The notes under the pieces are model-generated. The model worked only from the letters and a program-made list of their open reading frames with translations, made no database searches and was not told where the DNA came from. 56,579 nucleotides of DNA from a virus. Its lineage: Duplodnaviria > Caudoviricetes. Positions 10,115-19,286 of this stretch are shown here, piece after piece (position 1 is the stretch's first letter; every line of letters starts with the position of its first letter). The position numbers were made by a program, and so were the translations under genes. The stretch covers positions 1 through 56,579 of the IMG/VR virus record IMGVR_UViG_3300038724_000006. One strand, 5' to 3'.

Positions 10115-11566
10115 TTACAGAATGAATTGTGTTTTGCCTGCGAACACGCGGGCCTGATTAACGAGGTTTGGCGTGCCACGCCAGTTGATGCGGTTACGAT
10201 CGGAGATGTCGCGTTCAACAATTAAGTTTGCAACGTATTCGTCAAACCCTTCTGCCCAGCCGCGTGATTCAAATTCACGGTAAAGCGCGATCAATGTCGC
10301 TTTAACTAACTTGGGCGTCACGATCGCTTGGCCCGCACCGTAATTTGTGCCGTCGTCAGCGAGCTTATGGCGTGGGTAGTTTTGCGCGATGGTTGCGCGT
10401 TGTTCGTAGCGAATACGCTCTAGTGTTTCGGGTGTATTAATGTCGAGATAGGAGGCATCAGGCAAACCGGACGCATTTAATTGATACGTTGTGATTTGAC
10501 GTTCAATACGACACGTTCCGTCTGGATCGACTTTGTACGTTGCAATGCCGTCGTAAAGTAATGAATCACGTTCTTCACGTTTCCAGCTTCCAAACTTTGG
10601 CGGCAGCATGCCTACCAGTTTTAACGTTTGCAGTGGGCGTGCAGGATCTATCGCGAGATTAAATGCTGCGACTGCGCCGTTAATTGCAGCAACTTCATAG
10701 ACCGGCGTTGGTGCGCCGTTAGTACCCAGCACAGACAAGTGCGGCGAGTTATGGCCTTCGCCAAATGTTGCGGTACCAGAGAGCGTTCCACTGTATGCAG
10801 AGAACGCACGAGCGCCTTGCTGAACCAGCGGGCCGTAGCGATTATCTAACTCGGTTTTGAGCGCTAATAAATTCGCCGTGTCTGTATAAGGCATGACGAT
10901 CCAGTTGTACCAAACGTCACCCATCGCATCGATCGCGGTGGTTGCGTCCGGGTTGCCTGCGCCGCCGGTTAAATTAACAAAGGTAATTGCTAGGCCGTCG
11001 GGCTGTGCTTCATCGTAATAGCTCGCATGCAATTGCAGGCCGTTAAATACTTCGCCTTTATGACGTGCGGTGACCGTGACGACACCGGCAGCAGCGAGAG
11101 CAGTCACCGGCAATGTGGTGGCGGCGTTAATTGCTGCCGCAATGTTTGTCGCGACGTCTGCGATTGCGTCGTCTGATGCGATACCAACAGACACAGATTC
11201 ACCACCGACGTACACATATAATGTGCCTGCGGTTGTGGGTGCTGCGGTGACAGTAATTGTTCCGGCAGCGGCTGTGCCTGCGGCGTTGTCATCGAGCGCG
11301 ATAACGTACATTGGCGTTGTTGAGTTTGCCGCTAGCCACTTGCTGCACATTTTATGCAACAGTGAGCCAAGGCCAAAATATTTAGCCGCTTGCGCAGGAT
11401 CGGTCACACGAGTTGGGATGCCTTCGGCAACGGTTCCCGTCGTTAAACGCTGACCGATAATTACTGCTTTAAATTCGGTGGAGGTTGCACCGGCCAATTC
11501 ATTGTTAAATTCGATATACGTGCCGGGGGTGCGTAGCGCTGGGATAGCGTCGAATGAAATAGGCAT
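10115..11566 (-). CDS. Tail sheath protein (Mu gpL)
   Basis: ISFDAIPALRTPGTYIEF, DPARPLQTL, ERQITTYQ, YPRHKLADDG. Confidence 0.96.
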   Translation of the reverse strand: MPISFDAIPALRTPGTYIEFNNELAGATSTEFKAVIIGQRLTTGTVAEGIPTRVTDPAQAAKYFGLGSLLHKMCSKWLAANSTTPMYVIALDDNAAGTAAAGTITVTAAPTTAGTLYVYVGGESVSVGIASDDAIADVATNIAAAINAATTLPVTALAAAGVVTVTARHKGEVFNGLQLHASYYDEAQPDGLAITFVNLTGGAGNPDATTAIDAMGDVWYNWIVMPYTDTANLLALKTELDNRYGPLVQQGARAFSAYSGTLSGTATFGEGHNSPHLSVLGTNGAPTPVYEVAAINGAVAAFNLAIDPARPLQTLKLVGMLPPKFGSWKREERDSLLYDGIATYKVDPDGTCRIERQITTYQLNASGLPDASYLDINTPETLERIRYEQRATIAQNYPRHKLADDGTNYGAGQAIVTPKLVKATLIALYREFESRGWAEGFDEYVANLIVERDISDRNRINWRGTPNLVNQARVFAGKTQFIL

Positions 11567-11784
11567 TATTTAGGCTCCTTTTTAGCAGCAACTTTTTTAA
11601 CCGGCGATTTTTCGGCGTCGGCTTTTTCGGGTGCATTTATATCAATTAAATCGCCATCTTTAATGCGTCGGCGGTAGTACGAGTTGTTGGGTACGTCTTC
11701 GCCTTTTGCATCGATGTGTTTGCCACTTTCGACACGGCGGACGTTAACGCCTTCGCGTGGTTTTACTTTTAGCTTGTCAGACAT
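11566..11784 (-). CDS. Mu gp38-like protein (DUF2635)
   Basis: VKPREG...YYRRRIKDGDL, directly upstream of the sheath gene. Confidence 0.88.
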   Translation of the reverse strand: MSDKLKVKPREGVNVRRVESGKHIDAKGEDVPNNSYYRRRIKDGDLIDINAPEKADAEKSPVKKVAAKKEPK

Positions 11785-12327
11785 TTAAACGTCCTCCAGA
11801 TTGACTGTGGTTTCTATTAAGGTGTCGCCGTCTTGATTTTTTGCAGTGCCATTTGCGCGTAGGAAGTCGTCCAGTGCAGCCACGTCGGTTACGTTGCCGA
11901 GTTTGATTTTTTGTTGCCATGTGATGGCCCACATTGCGACGCCGTTTTTATCGATGCTGGTGGAGTACAGATTCTGGCTGCGAATATTTGCTGGGTCTTC
12001 GATCACATCTTCGCTGTCCCAGTCGTTTGAGTCTGTGAGCACGAGCAATGCATTGACGATGTCTAGCACTAGGCTGTCGCGTGTTTTTTGCGGCTGATCT
12101 TTTGTGACGATGAATGCGGCAAAGCTGACGGGTGCTTGTACGTTGCCACTTGAGTTTTCTTGCTTACCTGTGGCTAATGCCGCTACAAATACAGCCGGTG
12201 CGTTGGCGGCCACGCGTTTAATTTCGACAAGATCAAATCTGCCGGGGTGAGATTCGCAGGTTTTTAATGCTGGGATCTCGGCATCGATCATATCGACGAT
12301 GGCGGTGCGCACGGTTTCGATACTCAT
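11785..12327 (-). CDS. Mu gp37-like tail terminator (DUF1834)
   Basis: HPGRFD...PAVFVA...NLYS...WAITW; synteny. Confidence 0.82.
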   Translation of the reverse strand: MSIETVRTAIVDMIDAEIPALKTCESHPGRFDLVEIKRVAANAPAVFVAALATGKQENSSGNVQAPVSFAAFIVTKDQPQKTRDSLVLDIVNALLVLTDSNDWDSEDVIEDPANIRSQNLYSTSIDKNGVAMWAITWQQKIKLGNVTDVAALDDFLRANGTAKNQDGDTLIETTVNLEDV

Positions 12328-12815
12328 AGCGCACCTGCCTTTCCAAACCCATTTAAATGTTCGTCTATTGCGGCGTCGATAAAGTCGTCGACGACGAATT
12401 GCAGGTCGGCAAGGTTGTTGTCTGAAAAACCTAAGTATTCGCGTTGTGGAATTCCCGCAGGCGCTGGTGCCATGTCTTCGGTACCGCCCAAGTTATGAAT
12501 GGCGGCATAAATTAAATTGGAGCCGATTTCTACGCTGTCGTCACTGGCTACGGATTCGATGCTGTCGATTAAAGCGCCACTGCTTTCTAGTAGGCTGTGC
12601 CCACCGTGGCGTGTTGCTGCGTAGTCGTCTGTCCACGCTGCCCAGGGTGTGCCATCGGGTGCGGTTTTTTCGTCGCTTAAGCGTCGGCGGGTTTGGCTTT
12701 CGACTTCTGCGGCTAAGCCTTCGAGTAATTCGCTGCGGTCAATATTGCCCAGCGCTTGGATGCGGGCACCCAAACGTTTGATCTGTGACATATTGATGTT
12801 TAATTGCAGGCTCAT
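12324..12815 (-). CDS. Virion morphogenesis/tail completion protein (Mu gpG-like)
   Basis: APDGTPWA, GSNLIYAAIHNLGG, IPQREYLG. Confidence 0.9.
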   Translation of the reverse strand: MSLQLNINMSQIKRLGARIQALGNIDRSELLEGLAAEVESQTRRRLSDEKTAPDGTPWAAWTDDYAATRHGGHSLLESSGALIDSIESVASDDSVEIGSNLIYAAIHNLGGTEDMAPAPAGIPQREYLGFSDNNLADLQFVVDDFIDAAIDEHLNGFGKAGAL

Positions 12816-12848
12816 AATTACTCGTTTTAAAAGTTTGTTAAATGCTGT

Positions 12849-13265
12849 TTAAAGCAGCTTTTTGCCACGCCCAAAACGACGGGGCTGACTTGTTATTACG
12901 ACCGCGCCATTGGAGCTGGGCGGCGGTGTTTGTATCCCCAAAGACACTTCGCCGGTTGCGATGCGGCGCAACAAATACACTGCGTCTTCATAGCGCTTGC
13001 GGCGCTCTTCGGTTGCGATGTCGCGATCAGCGGCAAGGCGATACATGCTGATGTCGACACACAAACGCGTTAGCACGACGGGCGTGGTGGCCAGAGGTAA
13101 GGCGTATTTGGCTGCAACGTAGGTGTCGATTTCTGCTGTTGCATCGAGTAGCGCTTGCTCAACTACGGCGGCATCTACCACGCTGTCGTTGTCGCGATCA
13201 GCGACGATCAATAGTTGATCGTCGCCGTAGCGGTCGACTATGTTTTGCTGCGTGGCGTATGCCAT
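12849..13265 (-). CDS. Mu gp36-like head-tail connector (DUF1320)
   Basis: MAYAT...DATAEIDTY...YALPL...RYEDA...IATG. Confidence 0.92.
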   Translation of the reverse strand: MAYATQQNIVDRYGDDQLLIVADRDNDSVVDAAVVEQALLDATAEIDTYVAAKYALPLATTPVVLTRLCVDISMYRLAADRDIATEERRKRYEDAVYLLRRIATGEVSLGIQTPPPSSNGAVVITSQPRRFGRGKKLL

Positions 13266-13687
13266 TACTCAGCGCCTTCCGCGATTAGAGTTACAACCAA
13301 ACGAGGCTCGCTATTTAGCGCTTCGATTTGATCTTCTGACAGATCATCCAGCGGTATGCGCGTTGGCTGTTGCGTAAACGCGAGGCCAGCGCGACGGAAT
13401 GACGAGACGCCTTTAACTGTTTTCACTTCGATGAAGTCGGGCGCTACTTGCTGAAACGATTTTTTATCGACTGGCTTGTTCGTAACTTCTTGCGAACTGT
13501 TCGTGGTTTCTGCAGCAGCTTCGGCTTCGGCTTTTTCTTGAGCTGCTGCAATGTCAGCGGCGGTTGCGTTGTCATCTACGACCACGGCAGCAGGTGGCTG
13601 AGTGACGGCGGTTTTATCAGCCGCTGCTTTTGCTTCGTCTGCTTTTGATTTAGCCGGTTGTGCTGCTGTTGGCTTTTTTGCTGTCAT
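13265..13687 (-). CDS. Mu gp35/HI1506-like protein
   Basis: Low-complexity N-terminus; C-terminal FRRAGLAF...LNSEPRLVV. Confidence 0.8.
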   Translation of the reverse strand: MTAKKPTAAQPAKSKADEAKAAADKTAVTQPPAAVVVDDNATAADIAAAQEKAEAEAAAETTNSSQEVTNKPVDKKSFQQVAPDFIEVKTVKGVSSFRRAGLAFTQQPTRIPLDDLSEDQIEALNSEPRLVVTLIAEGAE

Positions 13688-13784
13688 GAATCACCTATTA
13701 ATATGTTTTTAAATACGCGTTTAAAGTTGGCCTTCCTTGGCCGTTCAGCGGCACCCTATGACGCTGTTTTTTTTGCTGGCTTTC

Positions 13785-14678
13785 TTACTTGCCTTTAAAG
13801 GCCAACTGCCAGAATCCGTAACCTGCAGCACCGCGAGCTTCGGCACCAAACTTGAACATGCCGGTGTTGAACACTGCGTCGGAGGTGATGTCGGTTTGGC
13901 TGACCATTACTGGTTTTTTACGTTGCTGAAATACGAACGGCTTAACAGGTTTGGTTGTGTCGAGTAGATACCAGGTATCGTCGTCCAGCCACGGCGCAAC
14001 GACGACTTCCGCGGTGCCCTTATAAAGGTTGGGCTTGCCGTCTTCTAAGCGGTCATTCGTCATTAGCGCGTTCGCGGTGTCGTCCACATTAGTGGATACA
14101 AGTAAGATGTTTGGGTTGACGTTGAGCGGGCGACCTTCTTCATCTTTTTGCGTTTTCATGGCTGTACGGACAGCACCGTAAGACGCTTTAGCCGCCGATT
14201 GAGTCGAGATGTCCAGCGTCAATGCGTACTTGTTGCTGACTGAGGCATCGCCCACGGGGTGGTCGGTATCGAAGAAGTACTGGCCGTCGTGACAGATCGT
14301 CGAGGTACCTTTATTAACAGCATCAAACACCAATTCATCAGGCCACTGTTTTGCAGAAAAACCAGCGCCTTGCGCTTGCGGTCCAATAAAACCGATTAGG
14401 TCGTCATCGATGTTATCCCGTAGAACTTCAACCGTTGCCTCATAAGGCTTGTTCTTTAAGCTGTACTTGTTGCTTTCGAGTGATTTAACGAACTTTTCAC
14501 CAATCCATTCACGCATTTTTGGGAAGTTATTTAGCCATGCATAGTCTTCAACGCTTGTCGTTGAGTTGACGAGCATTGCGATTTTTTGCCATTGGCTTGG
14601 TGCGGCATCAAAGGCCTTATTAAAGGTGGCTTTAATATTGGTAAAGATCTGACCAATGTTTGCTTTGTTGATTAGCAT
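13785..14678 (-). CDS. Major capsid protein (Mu gpT)
   Basis: YAWL..FPKMREWIGE, DGQYFFDTDHPV, WYLLDT.KPVKP, GYGFWQLA. Confidence 0.97.
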   Translation of the reverse strand: MLINKANIGQIFTNIKATFNKAFDAAPSQWQKIAMLVNSTTSVEDYAWLNNFPKMREWIGEKFVKSLESNKYSLKNKPYEATVEVLRDNIDDDLIGFIGPQAQGAGFSAKQWPDELVFDAVNKGTSTICHDGQYFFDTDHPVGDASVSNKYALTLDISTQSAAKASYGAVRTAMKTQKDEEGRPLNVNPNILLVSTNVDDTANALMTNDRLEDGKPNLYKGTAEVVVAPWLDDDTWYLLDTTKPVKPFVFQQRKKPVMVSQTDITSDAVFNTGMFKFGAEARGAAGYGFWQLAFKGK

Positions 14679-14720
14679 GATGTTTCTCCGTTGCTAAATT
14701 AATTAATGATGACGATGGGC

Positions 14721-15122
14721 TTACAGCACCCACACGCCTTCTGAGTCGATGCCAATCACTTTGCCCGCCGCAGAGCGTGAGCTTGTGCCGTCGGTTGCTG
14801 CTACGGTTTCGTCGTCGACGATGTAGCAAGGTTTGCCTAAGCTCGCCTGGGTGACGGCGTCGGCCCCTGAGTTTTTAAACGCAAAGGCTTTGCCGTGATC
14901 GATGGCGATGGATACGTCACCGGCGCTGCCTGCGCTGTTGTCGACGTGCTCACTAGCGCGGCCCAAATACGTGAGCGTGGTTGCGGTTGCGCCTGGCACG
15001 GCGTTGCCACTGGCATCGGCACAAACTAATGCGCCTGCATAAATAACGGTGGATGCAGCAACAGGAGCAGAGATGGTGTCTCCGTTGCGGCGGGGCGTGT
15101 TGCGATCTGCTGTGAGTGCCAT
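14721..15122 (-). CDS. Head decoration/cement-like protein
   Basis: MALTADRNTP...CYIVDDETV...GVWV, between protease and capsid genes. Confidence 0.75.
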   Translation of the reverse strand: MALTADRNTPRRNGDTISAPVAASTVIYAGALVCADASGNAVPGATATTLTYLGRASEHVDNSAGSAGDVSIAIDHGKAFAFKNSGADAVTQASLGKPCYIVDDETVAATDGTSSRSAAGKVIGIDSEGVWVL

Positions 15123-15180
15123 GCTGGCCTCCTGTTTAGCGGTTATTTAAAGCGGTTTTAAATTGGCGTTTATTCGTTCA

Positions 15181-15684
15181 TTAAGCGCCGTATGTTTTTA
15201 AATCTTCTGCGGTATTACCAAACGCATCAGCGATCTTTTGCTCTTCTGCGTTTAGCGCGGTTTTGTGTTCGCCGGGCTTTTTGCCATCCAGATCGGACGG
15301 TGCTGCAACAACCGGGGCGGCTTTGGCGAACTCGCGGAATTTATCCAGCCCGCCTTCGCTGTTGCAGGCGGTGCGATAAAAGTCTTTATTCGCTGGGGCG
15401 ATTTTTCCCTGGGCGACGGCGTCATCGATGGCGGTATCGATCTCGGCATTGAGCGCGGTTTGCAGGTTGTCGGTTAGCTTTTGCTCGGCGTTCATTGCGC
15501 GTTGCAATACAACTTCGTGCGTTTCTACCGGCACAAACTTGGTGAGGTCTGGCTGGGCTTCGGCATTGCGAGCGGTTTGCAGGTCGGTTTCTTTTTGCTT
15601 AATAACTGACAGTGCTTGCTCTGGGGTGCTGATTTCAGCATTTAGAGCGGTCGCTAATGCGGCTAATAGTTGTGCGAGATCCAT
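15181..15684 (-). CDS. Scaffolding protein Z, internal in-frame start within gene I
   Basis: Internal ATG (MDLAQLL) preceded by AGGAG; Mu Z is known to be made this way. Confidence 0.7.
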   Translation of the reverse strand: MDLAQLLAALATALNAEISTPEQALSVIKQKETDLQTARNAEAQPDLTKFVPVETHEVVLQRAMNAEQKLTDNLQTALNAEIDTAIDDAVAQGKIAPANKDFYRTACNSEGGLDKFREFAKAAPVVAAPSDLDGKKPGEHKTALNAEEQKIADAFGNTAEDLKTYGA

Positions 15685-16209
15685 AGTGGATGTCTCCTGA
15701 TTGTTTTGATTAACGGGGGTTTGTTCGCTGTTGAGAGCTGGTGTTAAAAGGTTGTGGCGATTTGTGAGGGCGACACTGCGGATGTCGTAGATGTTGCCGT
15801 GTGCGTCATAGCGGAATACGGGGGATAGATAGCGGTATTCGCGGTTTTGAACTGAGGCTAAGCCGCGCGGGTTTAGCACTAAACGGCCTTCGATATGACC
15901 ATTAGCGACGCGGTATTCTTTAAACCAACCAGCGGCGGGTGCTTCTTCACCTTTGGGCGCTTTTATCTCTGTGCTGTGTTCGTAATCCAGAGGTTGCTCG
16001 CGATTGGTAGCAATGGTGTAACCAATAACGGCGGCAGGATTGATGTTTTTCCATTTGCGGCCATCGCGGCCAATAACTTCGCCCACGGGGATTAGCGGCA
16101 CCCATTCAGGGATGGTGCCGTCTGCGGGTAGCTCAAAGCAAAGCGCAGTCTCTAGTTGCAGTGACTGTTCAGTATTGAGCGCGGTATAAAGGGCGTTTGG
16201 TGTTTTCAT
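15181..16209 (-). CDS. Prohead protease/scaffold (Mu gpI)
   Basis: GRDGR, DYEH, APAAGW, EYRYLSPVF, ALTNRHNL. Confidence 0.95.
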   Translation of the reverse strand: MKTPNALYTALNTEQSLQLETALCFELPADGTIPEWVPLIPVGEVIGRDGRKWKNINPAAVIGYTIATNREQPLDYEHSTEIKAPKGEEAPAAGWFKEYRVANGHIEGRLVLNPRGLASVQNREYRYLSPVFRYDAHGNIYDIRSVALTNRHNLLTPALNSEQTPVNQNNQETSTMDLAQLLAALATALNAEISTPEQALSVIKQKETDLQTARNAEAQPDLTKFVPVETHEVVLQRAMNAEQKLTDNLQTALNAEIDTAIDDAVAQGKIAPANKDFYRTACNSEGGLDKFREFAKAAPVVAAPSDLDGKKPGEHKTALNAEEQKIADAFGNTAEDLKTYGA

Positions 16210-16215
16210 GTGGCC

Positions 16216-16266
16216 AGTATGTTCTGGCCACGTTTAGGAGGGGCGGGGGTGGGTGTTCCGGTGGGG
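16216..16266 (-). promoter_or_regulatory. Putative Mor/C-activated late promoter of the head operon
   Basis: 26-bp box identical to 27104-27129; -10-like CATACT 19 nt downstream; ATG follows after 6 nt. Confidence 0.75.
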
Positions 16267-16269
16267 TGC

Positions 16270-16863
16270 TTAGTTGTTTTTTAGCTTAAACACAAAGGAG
16301 CCAAGTGAACTATAAGTCAACTTGCCTGTAGTCTCCGCTACTGTAGTTATTTTGTTGTCTGTGTCTATCGTAAGACTTATGGGGATGACTAATTGATGCA
16401 ATTGACCGTCTGGAGTAATAACTGACAGTATACAGTTTAGTGTTCTATTAATTGATTCATCTTGATGTCGTCTCATAACAGTCCAATTTTCGTATCCGCT
16501 ATCGTTATCCTTCCCTAATGTTAAATTCAACACCGCCATCGAATCTGGAGGAACTGGCATTCCTTTGCAGTATTTTATATCTGATTCACAATCGTATTTG
16601 GTGTCAGCCACTTCTACTTCCACTGATTCAACAAACAACATGGCGTTGCCAGAATTGAAAATCATCAGGTTAAAGTCATAATGTATATGCAAGTCAATAA
16701 TCTTTTCACCATCATGTGGCCATTCTTTTGTTCGAATAACCCGTAGATAATTCTCTTTTATCTCAGTCCGCGCAATAAGCAGGGCGTGCTTTCTTCGAGT
16801 TAAATAAAAGGAGTATATTGATATACCAAGCGCAGCCAAAGCGATCCAATCACTTGCATTCAT
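16270..16863 (-). CDS. Accessory (moron) protein with N-terminal membrane anchor
   Basis: 197 aa, AT-rich, MNASDWIALAALGISIYSFYL anchor. Confidence 0.75.
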   Translation of the reverse strand: MNASDWIALAALGISIYSFYLTRRKHALLIARTEIKENYLRVIRTKEWPHDGEKIIDLHIHYDFNLMIFNSGNAMLFVESVEVEVADTKYDCESDIKYCKGMPVPPDSMAVLNLTLGKDNDSGYENWTVMRRHQDESINRTLNCILSVITPDGQLHQLVIPISLTIDTDNKITTVAETTGKLTYSSLGSFVFKLKNN

Positions 16864-17360
16864 CTCTCTGCCTCTTCGCTTGCAAGACTGTGCATGATGA
16901 CCTTATAGCCATAGTCGCTGCTCTCTGTCATGTTACAGAGCTTTAAACAGTCTTCTTTTGAGCCGTAAAATCCCCACTCGCCAATCGGCGATACACCCAA
17001 GCCATAATGGCAGTGCTGACCTTTCGGCAAATATTGAGCGTCAGTAACGATGACGACTTCTGCAGAGGCTTGCGTTTGCCATTGCTTTTCACGCTTTGCC
17101 GTTAGTGACGCTGCGCCTAACTCCATTCGGATCTCTTTGACATCAACACCGTACTTAACTAGATCGGGGCATTCCATCATTAGAGTGTCGGCTGCATTCA
17201 GTAGTGTGGCTTCTTCAACTTCATTCTGTGCGTTGGCAATGACCGGTGGTGTTACGGGGTCGGGCTGTTTGAGTTCGGGCATGATGAAGAAGAGTAATGC
17301 GGTGATGGTTAGCAGGATAACGCCTGCGAATTGTGCGAGGGTAAAACCTTGGTTTTTCAT
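16860..17360 (-). CDS. Accessory membrane-anchored/exported Cys-containing protein
   Basis: 166 aa, CAGGAG RBS, N-terminal hydrophobic segment, four Cys; ATGA overlap with the next gene. Confidence 0.75.
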   Translation of the reverse strand: MKNQGFTLAQFAGVILLTITALLFFIMPELKQPDPVTPPVIANAQNEVEEATLLNAADTLMMECPDLVKYGVDVKEIRMELGAASLTAKREKQWQTQASAEVVIVTDAQYLPKGQHCHYGLGVSPIGEWGFYGSKEDCLKLCNMTESSDYGYKVIMHSLASEEAER

Positions 17361-17415
17361 GCTTTGTGACTCCTGTCTTAAACGTGACCTATTTATATAC
17401 CACTGCCAAGAACTG

Positions 17416-17781
17416 CTACTTAGCTATTAGACTTGTTAGTTCTTTTTTTAATCTTCTTATTTCTTTCTCAACATTCTTAATGGTTGGAGTATCTAGTTCC
17501 TCAATCAGACAATCTTGCAATTCAGATATTTGTTGGGAAGTTTTAAATTTTTTACTCTCAATTTCTTTATGATTTAGTTTTTTTACGCACCATATAGACG
17601 ATGACTCTACAGATAGGACGATTACGGCTGACACTAATAATTTCACTGGGGTGTGAAATTCACTGGCAGGCATCAAGCCTATGCAGTGAAATACAGGCTC
17701 TACAAAGCCAATTAGGGATGGTAGCGCTATGACTTTTGCGGCAATAACTTGCTTACTATAAGGAGAATGCGTTTCAGCCAA
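17416..17781 (-). CDS. Accessory membrane protein with coiled-coil tail (probable TTG start)
   Basis: Two hydrophobic segments then a charged helix; GGGAG upstream of TTG; start uncertain. Confidence 0.6.
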   Translation of the reverse strand: MAETHSPYSKQVIAAKVIALPSLIGFVEPVFHCIGLMPASEFHTPVKLLVSAVIVLSVESSSIWCVKKLNHKEIESKKFKTSQQISELQDCLIEELDTPTIKNVEKEIRRLKKELTSLIAK

Positions 17782-17782
17782 T

Positions 17783-17995
17783 CTACGCACTCCCTTTTTG
17801 TTTCTTAATGCTTGCAATTAAAGCATCAACTTCCGGATCTCTGCCTGGCTTTATTTGCACAAATCGCTCAGATCCATCCTTATCAATAATCTTCACTGTT
17901 ACTATCTTTTTGTGTTTAAAACGATAGTAGATTTCTGTCAGGATAAAACTGAGACAGAAAACGGCGATTAAAGTTAGTAAGTAATTCATTTTCAC
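17783..17995 (-). CDS. Small single-pass membrane accessory protein
   Basis: 70 aa, N-terminal TM segment, tight spacing in an operon. Confidence 0.65.
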   Translation of the reverse strand: MKMNYLLTLIAVFCLSFILTEIYYRFKHKKIVTVKIIDKDGSERFVQIKPGRDPEVDALIASIKKQKGSA

Positions 17996-18009
17996 CTACC
18001 TCGAAACTG

Positions 18010-18879
18010 TTATTCCCGAACTCGTGATCGTACTTTGGTTATTATGTAGTTATCGCGGGAGCCTGATGCGCTTTGTGTCTTTTTGTAGAACAAATCCACC
18101 CTGTATTTTAGGCCATATATGCTTGGTTCATCTTCTTTCTTGATAGCATTTAGAAAAACCTCATCTTGAACTTTCACACTCACATCCTGACCTAAGTGCC
18201 GCATCCTCCACCCTGAGCTACCACTTTCTTTATTGGATGTTAGGAACTCAATCGAAGCAACTGTCTCCAGCTCTTCTACGGTTTCGGATTTTACTCGCGG
18301 AGGTTCCTTGAACATCTCGCTAGCAATCTTATCAACGCTTATAACTTCGTTTTGATCATCCGCCGAGTCCATAACCTTAAACATATCTATGCCTGGATCT
18401 TTAAGCGGTTTGTTAACTATATTGGCAACTCTTTTGCGAATTATGCGTGATTTTAGAAGTTCGATAACTTCTGGAGTTGTCGGGACTTGTTCGTCATCAA
18501 GCATAATTGTAGCAGTACCATTACTCTCATCAATTACAACGGTATTTAGGTCAGGCTCTTTCCTGCCTTTATTCTTCAAGATAGATAGTAAGTTCCCAGC
18601 AACGGCTGTAACTCCAAGACCTAAATACTTTGCGACCTCAATCACACCTTCTACGGAGCCTTGATCAATAATAAGCTCTAGCCCGAAGGATCCTTCAATA
18701 AAGCCAGCTTGGGCTTGTACATCCACAAAGGAGTCAACACCATTCAAGGTAGTGTTGGCATCATAAATGAGATCAGCTAACTCTATTAGAGTCTCTCCAA
18801 GCTGCTTGGCCTCAATTCTGTGTTTCTTTAGTGCATCCGAGTGGCCGTCGTACTTCAGGAAAATATGCGTTTCGCTCAT
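18010..18879 (-). CDS. Accessory hypothetical protein (289 aa)
   Basis: Long AT-rich ORF with AAGGA RBS; no function recognised. Confidence 0.8.
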   Translation of the reverse strand: MSETHIFLKYDGHSDALKKHRIEAKQLGETLIELADLIYDANTTLNGVDSFVDVQAQAGFIEGSFGLELIIDQGSVEGVIEVAKYLGLGVTAVAGNLLSILKNKGRKEPDLNTVVIDESNGTATIMLDDEQVPTTPEVIELLKSRIIRKRVANIVNKPLKDPGIDMFKVMDSADDQNEVISVDKIASEMFKEPPRVKSETVEELETVASIEFLTSNKESGSSGWRMRHLGQDVSVKVQDEVFLNAIKKEDEPSIYGLKYRVDLFYKKTQSASGSRDNYIITKVRSRVRE

Positions 18880-19286
18880 TCCAAATCCTTATGATAAAGC
18901 GATATTGTTATAACTAATTGCTAGATAAATGTAGTTGTACAATATAGTTTTGTTGTTTGAGATATGTGTGCGTAAAAAGCGCGGCCACTCTAATAGAATG
19001 ATCAGCATTTGTACAATAACAAAATGGAATACATGGATTTGAGCCTATCAACACTCATCATCCAAGGTCTCACTAGACTATTTATACCTAGTGTTTTCAT
19101 CTTCTACTACTGTGTAACTATAATTGATCTGACAATGATGCTGATGATTGATCACCAATAGCGTTTAAAACCTGTTTAAACCTTCCTGTATTCGCCTTAT
19201 TACTCATTTCCCATACCGATGCCGCACCATTCTATTTTTTAACTACTAGAGAGCCACACAGGCCTACCTGAGCTTGTTTGTCATGG

